This document shows positions 1 through 9,355 of a DNA stretch of 64,000 nt, in pieces. How positions within the stretch are numbered: the first letter of the stretch is position 1; each line of letters opens with the position of its first letter. The DNA comes from Naegleria gruberi (Eukaryota), in the NCBI GenBank assembly GCA_000004985.1, contig GG738852.1; one strand, given 5' to 3'. The position numbers and the translations under genes are program-made. The notes beneath the pieces were generated by a model that worked only from the letters and a program-made list of their open reading frames with translations, was not told the origin of the DNA and ran no database searches.

Positions 1-981
1 AGTAGAAGGTAAATTATTTAAATATGGATCAAAAACAAAAGTTCCAATTACAATACTGCTTGAAATTGAATAAGTTCTCTCAATATTTGTAAGAAGCAAA
101 CCGAGTTGATCAAATACAGAGTAAGAAACAGGTACTTTTAAGGAGTATTGAGATGCTTCCACAATGCTAGTGGTGAGGGATCCAGTATATTGGGAGGCAA
201 AATTATTGGTAAATCTGAATATCTGCTTGCCATAGAGTTGTGTTGACGTGTATGCTAAACTTCCTTCAAATACATTTTGTAAAGTTGTGCCTTGTGTTGG
301 TACATTAAATTCAATGACACATGTTTGACCAGCACATGTATAACCTCCTGATTGTAAACCAGATACTAGCTCAAAGTTTTGATGAGTTGATACTGTATCA
401 ATGGAATATTTCTGAGAGGTAGTATAGGTGTTATATGAATTAGAACTGGTTAATGAGACGTTGAGTACCTTTGAATTTCCTTCCATGGAGGAAATAGAAT
501 TTAGGTAATTGGTTGGAATGATGACAACAGGATTGTTTGTGTTATTTAGAAATAGAGACTGAATTTGTGAAGGACAATTATTGCAATTCCAAACTTGTGA
601 AATGGACTTGAAACCATAGAATAGATTACTAGTACTTGATCTTACTATGAGTGGCTGATTGAGTGTTAGTGGTGACAGGACACTATTAAGGGAACTTCCA
701 GATGCTGTCGATAGAATAGAAATTGCACCCATTGCATTCACTTGTAACACCACATTACTTGGTATTAGATTCAATGTTGTTCCGTGCGTTATAGAATGAT
801 TGAAACCAAGATAAATTCTCAAGCCTTGAGAAGTGAAATCACAACTAACCATGGAAGAATCTCCAAAGGATAAAATATCATTTTGTGAGAAGAAATCTTG
901 ACAATATTTGGTACTAGATGGTATGTATGCCAGTATTGGAGGATGGTATGGCCAGAATTGTGAGATCACAAGATGTTTCAA
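1..981 (-). CDS. Partial coding exon(s): Ser/Thr/Asn-rich extracellular-type protein segment; open frame runs off the left window edge (3' end outside window)
   Basis: Hand translation of the minus strand gives an uninterrupted frame of about 327 codons from 981 down to position 1 (...TKYCQDFFSQNDILSFGDSS...GYTCAGQTCVIEFNVPTQGTT...). In roughly 35% GC DNA the chance of this many codons without a stop is about 1e-10. It is not in the supplied ORF track because it has no stop inside the window. Composition (S/T/N-rich, many N-x-S/T sequons) fits a secreted or cell-surface protein. It may be the downstream exon of the NHL/EGF gene (possible acceptor at 915/914) or a separate gene. Confidence 0.45.
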   Translation of the reverse strand, partial: MKHLVISQFWPYHPPILAYIPSSTKYCQDFFSQNDILSFGDSSMVSCDFTSQGLRIYLGFNHSITHGTTLNLIPSNVVLQVNAMGAISILSTASGSSLNSVLSPLTLNQPLIVRSSTSNLFYGFKSISQVWNCNNCPSQIQSLFLNNTNNPVVIIPTNYLNSISSMEGNSKVLNVSLTSSNSYNTYTTSQKYSIDTVSTHQNFELVSGLQSGGYTCAGQTCVIEFNVPTQGTTLQNVFEGSLAYTSTQLYGKQIFRFTNNFASQYTGSLTTSIVEASQYSLKVPVSYSVFDQLGLLLTNIERTYSISSSIVIGTFVFDPYLNNLPST

Positions 982-1225
982 TTATTCCAGTAATGAATCT
1001 GCTGTTTGTTCAGGAAGGGGAAAGTGTTCGAATTATAATTTATGTTCCTGCAATACAGGATATACTGGTCCAAATTGCGATATTGCTATTTGTTATGGAA
1101 AATTGCAAAATGACACCACCGTTTGTTCCTCTTTTGGTGATTGTATTTCCTATAACAACTGCCAATGCAAACTTGGATATAGAGGAAACCAATGTCAATT
1201 TCTGCAAATGGCAGATATCAGGTGA
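908..1225 (+). CDS. EGF/tenascin-type cysteine-repeat ORF on the plus strand; an inverted paralogue of the EGF module of the convergent minus-strand gene; status uncertain (terminal exon, nested gene or conserved inverted duplicate)
   Basis: The 105-codon ORF has a perfectly periodic Cys pattern (C-x-C-x2-G-Y-x-G-x2-C, CSGRGKCSNYNLCSCNTGYTGPNCDIAICYGK...), about 50% identical to the minus-strand module encoded at 1240-1600 but in opposite orientation. Its start is TTG (alternative start of the ORF caller) and it is preceded by a stop at 899-901, so no upstream continuation is visible. It ends in ...cagGTGAGAt (donor-like) with the TGA stop at 1223-1225. Confidence 0.35.
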   Translation: MVLDGMYASIGGWYGQNCEITRCFNYSSNESAVCSGRGKCSNYNLCSCNTGYTGPNCDIAICYGKLQNDTTVCSSFGDCISYNNCQCKLGYRGNQCQFLQMADIR

Positions 1226-4200
1226 GATACATAACCCATTTGAGCTACAAATATTACTGTTGTTTGAGGCTACATCATTACAGATAGTATATTGGCAATT
1301 ACTTCCAACATATCCTAAATTACATGAACATAAATTTGGACCTACACAAGTTCCATTACCACAACCGAGCCCGAATAATGCATTTCCCACTGTGTTTTTA
1401 ACACCTGCACACAAATATGATTGACACTCTGAGTCAAAATATCCTGCATTACAAGTACAATTATTAGAACTTAAACAGGCTCCTTTTCCAGAGCAAACGT
1501 TGGAAGATGCTGATGATTTTCCAAAGCATGCTGTAATTTGACATTCAGTTCCAGTATACCCATTCGAGCATGAGCATGTGTTGGGGAGAGAGCAGTTTCC
1601 CCTACCTGAACACACATTTGAATCATTAGAATATTTACCATAGCAGATGGCAAGTTGACAATTAAGCCCAGAAAATCCATTGAAACAGGTACAATTATTT
1701 GGAGAGTTACACAATCCATGGCCACTGCAAGTGGTAAGCTCATTAGAAACTCCAAAACAGGAGGCAATACATTGAGTGAAATTCCCATTAAGCCCATAAC
1801 CACTCGGACAGTAAGGAGCCAATCTTCTTATTCTGTTGTTCCCTTTATCGCTGATTAGTATTTCTCCACTATTGGCAATAAAAGTTGTTTGATATAAATA
1901 GTTGAATAAGGCACTTGTAGAGTTGCCTATGTCACCATATAATCCATTAATTGAATCATCTCCTCCAACAGCATTAATATTTCCATCAGGACCAATAACC
2001 CGAATCGAATGTTCATTAGTATAGTAAATAAAATCTCCATTCTTAGAAACAGCTACACTAGTCGTGTGCATACAGGCACCAATAGCTGGAACTCCAATAG
2101 CAAATTCATCACAGGAGCTAGTTGACCCACCAACAGTACTAATAATTCCAGTGTCTGCTGAAACTTTTCTTATTCTAAAATTTTCAGATATAAAAATATC
2201 ACCCAAACTACTAATTGCCAATGAGGAAGTGTATTGTAATTGAGCAGATGTGGCCAGAACATTGTTTCCATAAGTTCCACTTACTCCAGTTCCTGCAACC
2301 GGGTACACAGTTCCGCTCAGTGTTATTTTGTAAAGTCTTGGATTGGCAGATGTAAGAACAAGAATTTCACCAGTTATTGGTGATAGAGCAATACATTGAA
2401 CATCCAATGGAGCATTGATTGCTAGTGTTCCATCAGGGACAATGTTTTTGTCTCCATTTCCAGCTGTTGTTAAATGTGAGTTCACCAAAGCAAACAATTC
2501 CACTTACCAATTGTAGTTATTATTCCATTCGTTGAAACCTTGCGAACTCGGGAATTCATAGAATCTGCAATATAGACCTCACCTGAGCCACTGACTGCCA
2601 CACAACGAGGAGAGTTTAATTGGGCATTAATTGCCAAACCCCCATCTCCACTAAATCCACTTGTGCCATTGCCCGCAAATGTTACTATAGTATTATTAGG
2701 ATATAAAATTCGTATTCTGTCATTGAAGGTGTCTGATAACATTATTAAGCTTGATAATTTTTACAATTTAAAACTTACCAGCAATATATATTTCCCCAGT
2801 ATTAGCAGCTACTGCATGTTGTGGTTGTGCTAATTGAGCATTTATTCCCAATCCACGATCTCCAGAAAATGAGCCACCATGACCTGCAATAGTTGTAATA
2901 ATTCCTGAGCTATAAGAAACAAGTCTCACTCTGTTATTGTATTGATCTATTTAAGAATACTGTGTTAATTAAAGAGTAACAAAAGAATACGTACCTACAA
3001 TATATAAATCTCCAGAGGTATAATTGGCTGTGAGGGAAAATGGTTTAATTTGTACATTCTTTGCTAGCCCACCATTTCCAAGATCACCAATTACTGGAGA
3101 AACAGGACATATTCCATTTCCTGTTATAGTTGAAATAATTCCATTCGAATCTATTTTCCTTACAACACATTCACCATCAGAAGAAAAGAAAATATCACCC
3201 TTAGAAGTGGTGGTAATTGAAAATGGATATGATATCAATGCATTGATGGCCAACCCTCCATCTCCTGAGTTCATTATTAATTTTCTAATATTAAAAACGA
3301 AACAAACCTGAATAGCCAGCAGTGCCTGATCCTGCTATTGTAATAATTGTAGAATTGGATTTAAAAATTCTTCTAATTCTATGAGTTTCATAGTCAGCAA
3401 TAATAAAGTCACCATTTGATGCTATAGCAAAGGAGCGAAAACGACTAAGATAACTTGAAGTTGCAATAACGTTATCTGAATTGTATCCACAGAATCCATA
3501 AACTCCAGCTTTACAAAATTAATTCATTGTCCTTAATAACAATACTTACCAATGGTTGAAATAATTCCATTAGCGCCTATTTTTCTAAGTAAACAATTAA
3601 AAGAATCAGCAAAGTAAACAGTTCCATCATTTGCAACATTAATACCAAAAGGAAATCTCAAGTTGGAATTAATTGCCAATTGACCATCTTTTTGTTTTAA
3701 AATCAAAAAGAAAACTCAATACTTACCAGCACTGTACCCTTCGGTTCCATAAACCCCAGCAACAGTAACAATAGTTCCATTAGTGAATATCTTTCTAATT
3801 CTATGTTTTTCAGCTTCTGTGAGATACAAATCCCCATTAGCACTGAATGATATTCCCATCGGATTCATTAACATGGCATTAATAGCCAATGCTCCATCGC
3901 CATAATTTGAACTGGCAAAACCAGTTCCTGCATACGTTGTAACAATTCCATTCGCAATCTTTCGAATGAATGCACCATATGAAAGAGGATTGAAAAAAGA
4001 TCCGAATAAAGTATTTTCAGCAATGTACACATGTTGAGTAATTGGATGTATAGCAACTGCACTTGGTGAGTAAAGAGAGACACGTAAAGGATCATATCCC
4101 TCTCCCTTTACATTCAATCCACCAGCAATGGTAGAAACATTATAGCTTGGATAGAATGGTGTTGTTACTCCTGCAACAGCATGTGGTTGGTTACAAACAA

Positions 4201-4249
4201 TTGAGAGTGCAACCACCACAGCAAAAAGAATCGATACCAAAGTGTGCAT
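1040..4249 (-). CDS. Secreted NHL-repeat (six-bladed beta-propeller) plus tandem EGF/tenascin-type repeat protein (teneurin/TRIM-NHL-like extracellular architecture); 7 exons
   Basis: Model: join(4249..3727, 3687..3550, 3508..3308, 3264..2995, 2946..2779, 2732..2508, 2463..1040). ATG at 4249 is followed by a signal peptide (MHTLVSILFAVVVALSIVC). Every exon junction is phase 1 and regenerates the NHL motif (e.g. ...DLYIV|D QYNNRVRLV...). Introns are 39, 41, 43, 48, 46 and 44 nt with GTAAGT/GTACGT/GTTTGT donors and AG acceptors. The last exon carries five or more EGF-like repeats. Its 3' end is uncertain: the final approximately 57 codons (1040-1225) are low-complexity and antisense to the plus-strand EGF ORF. 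A splice from around 1240 to the acceptor at 915/914 into the 1..981 open frame is an alternative. Confidence 0.7.
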
Positions 4250-4848
4250 GAGGTTGCTGTTTGGTTTTTTTCTTTCTCTGAAACCAAAAGACACTATTAC
4301 CCGTGTATGTCATGATGACATTAGGGGTTCATTTGGGAACTTGCCTTGACCTGTCATTCTGGAACAAGAAGGTAATGAATATTATTATGAACCTCAAAAT
4401 CGGGAATTTTGAAACAAGAAGTAATAATAACTATCATTTTTGAAGCATGAATCCTTACCAGCAAAATTGTATTTTTTATATAAAATTAAAAATTAAATAT
4501 TAAAAATATTGGCGTCCAGGCATTAAGGGAGCATACTTGATAACGGGTAAAAGAAGCGGAATATCATGAATGTAATCATGGTGTATATGAATTTGGTGTG
4601 CCTTTTCGTTCATGTGCGTTAGTAGAGGAACTTTTAATAGGCTGAATCACTCGGAATGCTACAGGGGTTCATTTCCAGAATTTTATTGATTGGTTATTTC
4701 AATTTCTCGAATTAAGAGAAATATCTACAGAACCATCTCTTGACCACTTGTCTCGGTCGTTTGTACGTGTTTCGAATAATAAACTTATATTGAATTTTCT
4801 TAATAATAATATCTGATAGTTGGTAGCAATAAAAACACAACCCAAAAA

Positions 4849-5172
4849 ATGCTTCGAGAGGCTAGAGTTTCAGATAAAGAGAAAAAGAGAATTGTTGATG
4901 AATTTCTTCACCTTATTACCAATAGCAAGGCTTTCGATAGCAAGTGTCTTAATACGGAAACAATCGATTGTTTTGTTCTCCCATTCTTTGAGTGGAATGG
5001 CGTAACTTTAACGATGGAACTTTTGAAAAAGGCTAATTATCAAGAGTTGATTGCCAAGTTGGAACAATCGCCAATATTCTATCCTATATTAGTTAGTTCA
5101 ATCTTTTTTCATTTTGGAATGGCTTATCAATGGAAGAAGAACTCAAACTCAAACTTAGAAATTCCAAGATGA
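4849..5172 (+). CDS. Hypothetical protein (107 aa)
   Basis: ATG-initiated ORF with an AT-rich upstream region. It is immediately followed, in the +1 frame, by the ORF 5174..5644 (frame switch at 5156-5176), so either there are two small genes or one gene with a frameshift. Confidence 0.3.
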   Translation: MLREARVSDKEKKRIVDEFLHLITNSKAFDSKCLNTETIDCFVLPFFEWNGVTLTMELLKKANYQELIAKLEQSPIFYPILVSSIFFHFGMAYQWKKNSNSNLEIPR

Positions 5173-5173
5173 G

Positions 5174-5644
5174 TTGCAAGGAAGAAGCTTTACTAATCAA
5201 GAGAAATTGAACATGGAAAGTATTCAACCAATCATCAAAAGTGAATTCCTTAAAGAAGCTGCCAGAATTGTTTCCAAATCACATCAAGAGAAAATCCCAA
5301 GCCCTCCTTCCCTTATTGTCCTTCATGAACTTGAAAAAATGGACCTAGATACTGCTGTTAAAGCCATGTTCAATATTGAGCAAAATTTAATGCTCAAACT
5401 AGCTGAACAAAAGGATGAAACAAACGAATTGGTTACGGCCATTGGGCAATTAATGGTGGAAACAAACAAATTGGTTAAGGCCACTGAGCAAAATTTCATG
5501 AGCAAACTTGATGAACTAAAGGTGGAAAATAGCAAATTGATGAAAGAAATTAAAAGTTGGAAGGATGAAAAGGCGTATAAGAAATGTGATTGTGATTGTT
5601 TGGGTTGCAAGGATTGTTCCAAGAAGACGAATCACTGTAAATAA
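5174..5644 (+). CDS. Hypothetical coiled-coil protein with a C-terminal Cys-rich tail (CDCDCLGCKDC); first internal ATG at 5213
   Basis: ORF-track ORF; heptad-like K/E-rich region; no recognisable family. Confidence 0.3.
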   Translation: MQGRSFTNQEKLNMESIQPIIKSEFLKEAARIVSKSHQEKIPSPPSLIVLHELEKMDLDTAVKAMFNIEQNLMLKLAEQKDETNELVTAIGQLMVETNKLVKATEQNFMSKLDELKVENSKLMKEIKSWKDEKAYKKCDCDCLGCKDCSKKTNHCK

Positions 5645-5839
5645 ATGAATCTTGATACTGCCATGTTCAACATTGATTATCATCATTCTTTCTTCTTCTG
5701 CGAACATAAAGTTGCATTGCACTAAAATTATGTTTGAGAATCTCATTTTGTATTAATATTCAATCTTTTTCAATTTTGATTGAGTGAGATATTCAAATAG
5801 TCTCCCTAAGCCAATCAAAAAATCAAAAAAAAGAACATA

Positions 5840-6331
5840 ATGCAAACCATTAACAATACAATAGAAAACTCCACAGAACATGTTCGGAACAATATTTCCA
5901 TACTCCATTCAATATGGTTTTTAATCATCCAACACCCATTCATCATGTTTCTAATGGATTTAATTCAAGTCTTTAGAGAACTCGATTCTGAATTGAGATT
6001 CAGTGGATTTTCTCAAATATTAATAGCTTGCTTACTGACCAAACATTTTCATCAGCATTCAGAAGCTTTCTTATCAGTAGTGTGGCGACTTTTATTCTCA
6101 TCACAAGAGAAACTGTGTGGCGACTCTATTTGTCTCACACTCGATAAATGTCATGAAGAATCAAGGGTTGAACTCTTCCAAACTTTATTCACATCAAAAT
6201 GTGTTTTGGCAGACTTACAACACGCACACATTCATCACATTCTGAATTTATTACAGCCCTACCTTTCAGAAAGAGAAATATTCATAGCAATTTCAATGAT
6301 GAGGCCATTTCTTGCCTCCCCTACTTCTTAG
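5840..6331 (+). CDS. Hypothetical protein (163 aa)
   Basis: ATG-initiated ORF in a gene-dense context; no recognisable domain. Confidence 0.3.
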   Translation: MQTINNTIENSTEHVRNNISILHSIWFLIIQHPFIMFLMDLIQVFRELDSELRFSGFSQILIACLLTKHFHQHSEAFLSVVWRLLFSSQEKLCGDSICLTLDKCHEESRVELFQTLFTSKCVLADLQHAHIHHILNLLQPYLSEREIFIAISMMRPFLASPTS

Positions 6332-6433
6332 TTTCTAAAAATTCTTCATTAACCATTGTGAGACACTGTAAATAATTTTAATTGGTGGAATGTTTAGCTC
6401 TGCACTGCGCTTGGATCTGAACATGTGGATGAA

Positions 6434-6483
6434 GGAAGGAATTCTTTTTTGGAGTGGTTACATAACCAAAAAAGAATTCCTTC
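6434..6483. repeat. Perfect 18-bp inverted repeat (hairpin) with a 13-nt loop; GAATTC in both arms
   Basis: ggaaggaattcttttttgg (6434-6452) / loop agtggttacataa / ccaaaaaagaattccttc (6466-6483), read directly. It lies 87 bp upstream of the serpin ATG and downstream of ORF 5840..6331. Confidence 0.8.
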
Positions 6484-6569
6484 ATGAGGTATGTAACACC
6501 ACCAACAAACTCTTTAAATTTCTCTTCAATTAATTTCACTCAACTGAAAAAATATCTTTAAACCTAATC

Positions 6570-7721
6570 ATGGGACAATATCAATCAACATTAATCACCT
6601 CTCATAACAAGTTTGCTTCTTCCTTGTTTCAATCAATTACCACCAAAAACAAGCAAACTAATATAATCTTCTCACCAATTTCCATTTATTTAACTGTATT
6701 GATGGCCACCGGTGGTTCTAATGGCCAAACATTGTCAGAGTTTGGCAAGGGTATTTTCCTTGATCAATCACCATCCACTGTTGAAGTGTTTAGACTCATT
6801 ATCGAACCATTTGCTTCCAATTTCTTTGATAATCTCAACACCTCAATCATCAATGTTGCTAACAATGTCTTTGTTGAGAGAAATGCCATTTTGAATGAAA
6901 ATTACAAGGAACATGTTCAAAAGGCCTTCCAAGTCAATGTTGAACAATGTGATTTTGCAGGAAATGCCAATGGTGAAGCTGTGAATATTAATCAATGGGT
7001 TTCTTCACATACCAATCAAAAGATTAATAATTTAATTCCACCTAATCACCTTAATTCTCTCACACGATTAGTTCTCGTCAATGCAGTTCATTTCCTTGGA
7101 AAATGGAAGGAAGTTTTCAACATTTCTAATAGTTATACGACCACATTCCATGGCGCTGGTGGTGACAGCACTTGTACTATCATGCAAAAAGAAAGAACCA
7201 AAGAACAATATGGTGCTGAAGGTCTCTATCATTGGGTCACCATGTCATTCAATGATGCCAAGTATAAGCTGACCATTGTTGCTGTCAAAGATAACTCACA
7301 TCAAACAACTTTCGATGATTGGTTCTCTAAGAAATTGAGTCAAGGATTCGAAAGTGGCTTCCCTACCAGAGAAACTCAAATGCACTCGTGTGGCTTCCCA
7401 AGATTTGAACTCGAACAAGGAATGGAATTGAATGAAATTTTACAAGCTTCTCCATTCAACATTCAAAAAGCATTTACAACTAATGCTGATTTCTCAAATT
7501 TGATCGTCAATGATCAAATTCATATCAATGCTGTCATTCATAAGGCCTATATTAAGGTGAATGAAAACGGTGCTGAGGCAGGAGCTGCTCTTAGTATGGA
7601 TTGTGCTACTTTTAGTATTGTGAAAAATCCAGAATTTCTGGTCACCTCACCATTTGCTTTCATCCTTACTGATGATTCTACCAAGTCAATTCTATTTGCT
7701 GGTAAGGTTAACACATTGTAA
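6570..7721 (+). CDS. Serpin (serine protease inhibitor), intracellular type; single exon, 383 aa
   Basis: Serpin fold signatures throughout: hinge-like ...NENGAEAGAALSMD..., C-terminal ...SPFAFILTDDSTKSILFAGKV. No N-terminal signal peptide. Confidence 0.85.
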   Translation: MGQYQSTLITSHNKFASSLFQSITTKNKQTNIIFSPISIYLTVLMATGGSNGQTLSEFGKGIFLDQSPSTVEVFRLIIEPFASNFFDNLNTSIINVANNVFVERNAILNENYKEHVQKAFQVNVEQCDFAGNANGEAVNINQWVSSHTNQKINNLIPPNHLNSLTRLVLVNAVHFLGKWKEVFNISNSYTTTFHGAGGDSTCTIMQKERTKEQYGAEGLYHWVTMSFNDAKYKLTIVAVKDNSHQTTFDDWFSKKLSQGFESGFPTRETQMHSCGFPRFELEQGMELNEILQASPFNIQKAFTTNADFSNLIVNDQIHINAVIHKAYIKVNENGAEAGAALSMDCATFSIVKNPEFLVTSPFAFILTDDSTKSILFAGKVNTL

Positions 7722-7959
7722 AAGAGTAAGGTTTGGATGGAGTTGTTCGAATAGCTCAATCTTCCTTAATTACTTTCGAATAGAACAACATCCTCAATAA
7801 ACTATTCCTTTCAACCAATGTACCTCATAATACTATTAATAATATTTTAAAAATAAACCATTTATTTTCCTCATCACCCAACAGGACTCCGTACCAATTA
7901 AACTTTTTTAAAACTGCAACCTAAAAATTGAAGAATTTGATTTTAAAAAAAACATAAAA

Positions 7960-8214
7960 ATGGCCTACTATGATGAGATTGAAATTGAGGACATGATCTT
8001 CAATGAGGAGGAAGGTTCCTACTATTATCCTTGTCCTTGTGGTGATATCTTTTCAATCACATTGCAAGAATTGTATAATGGTGATGAAATTGCTCACTGT
8101 CCAAGTTGTTCACTTGTTATTAGAGTAATTTATGATCCCGAGGATTTTAAACAAGAAGAGGAAGGTGCTGCCGATGATACTGAAGGTGCTGCGGAGGAAA
8201 TTGAAACACAATAA
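7960..8214 (+). CDS. DPH3: Diphthamide biosynthesis protein 3 (DPH3/Kti11, CSL zinc finger), 84 aa
   Basis: YDEIEIEDM..YYYPCPCGDIFSIT..HCPSCSLVIRVIYD matches the CSL-type zinc-finger consensus of DPH3/Kti11 almost residue for residue, followed by an acidic tail. Confidence 0.85.
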   Translation: MAYYDEIEIEDMIFNEEEGSYYYPCPCGDIFSITLQELYNGDEIAHCPSCSLVIRVIYDPEDFKQEEEGAADDTEGAAEEIETQ

Positions 8215-8427
8215 TTTTAATAATATTATATATATTTATAATATTTACTAAATTACTCTCTAACCGACACTTCAATGCGAAAATTAGATTAAAAGGAGAG
8301 CACAAACTCTAACACTAGGAAATTAACGATACTAATAATTAATTCGATATTATCATCATTTAAATGAAATTAATTATCCAATTAATTAAATAATAATATA
8401 CAAGTAATAAATTAATTTATAAACCAT

Positions 8428-9137
8428 TTAGAGGAGAGTGAGCATATTTTCAGCAGTTGTCTTTTCCAATTGACCTGGAGAATCTTCAACGAACAATTCC
8501 TTAACTTTACCATTTTCAATAAGCATACTGAAACGCTTAGATCTCTTTCCCAAACCAGCGGCAGTCAAATCGACTTCAAGACCAACTTGTCTAGTGAATT
8601 CACCCAATGGATCAGCAATGAATTCAATTTCTTCATTACCAGAAGCAACCTTTTCCTTCCAGGCCTTCATGACAAAACTATCATTGACACTGAGGCAGAT
8701 AATCTTGGAAATACCCTTTTCCTTCAATGCTTTAGAATTGTTAAGGTAACTTGGAACGTGCTTGTTTGAACAGACTGGAGTGAAAGCACCCTATTATTAT
8801 ATAATTGTTGTGTGATGTAATAATAATGGATATATAATTAATTCCGATCATTCCGATCAATTAATTCCAAAAATATTAAAATTATTATAAAATTGTTATC
8901 AAACAAGAAGAATACATTAGTAAATTCTAACGAAATGATACTTACTGGGACACCAAAGACAATAACCTTTCCAGAAGTGAACAAATCATCAGTAGTAACA
9001 GCTTCATTGGTAACCTTGAAGAGTTTAACTGGAGTGGATGGCTTGACTTCAACATTGGTGTGGGCAGATCTGAATGAAACAACAGTTGATCCAATCAATG
9101 ATTGTTTTTTGAAGAGAGGAATGGTCTTACGGAGCAT
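8428..9137 (-). CDS. Peroxiredoxin, PRDX5/atypical 2-Cys (AhpC-TSA/redoxin) type, with an N-terminal presequence; 2 exons
   Basis: Model: join(9137..8946, 8790..8428). Exon 1 ends ...KVIVFGVP and exon 2 begins GAFTPVCS... (peroxidatic Cys motif GAFTPxC). Intron 8791..8945 (155 nt, very AT-rich, GTAAGT...AATAG). The N-terminus MLRKTIPLFKKQSLIGSTVVSFRSA looks like a mitochondrial presequence. Confidence 0.8.
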
Positions 9138-9355
9138 TTTGTTCTGATTTTTTTGAAACTTTAATATTAATAAATATTCAATCATGCAAATGTTTGGGAT
9201 TCTCAAGCCAATATTCATCTTGTCTTTTAGTTAAGAATCTTCAAAAATACGCACTCCTTAAACTCTCATTCATTGGTTAGATTGGTGAAGAGAATATTAA
9301 ATTGATTTTCAAATGAGTTAAATTTTATTAAAAACTACTAAGGATGTGAATCAAT

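Noticed and set aside
918-1424. 168-aa plus-strand ORF overlapping the EGF ORF in another frame
   Set aside because: Low-complexity translation without the Cys periodicity. The alternative frame 908..1225 carries the EGF signature.
4250-4294. Upstream extension MSFGFRERKKPNSNL of the NHL/EGF protein
   Set aside because: It starts at GTG in the ORF caller. The ATG at 4249 directly precedes the signal peptide.
8220-8425. Very AT-rich stretch with reiterated ATTAATT units, looked at as a possible repeat array
   Set aside because: Irregular spacing and no conserved repeat unit. It lies between two convergent stop codons, so it is most simply overlapping 3' UTRs. Nothing CRISPR-like (a prokaryotic feature) exists in this eukaryotic window.
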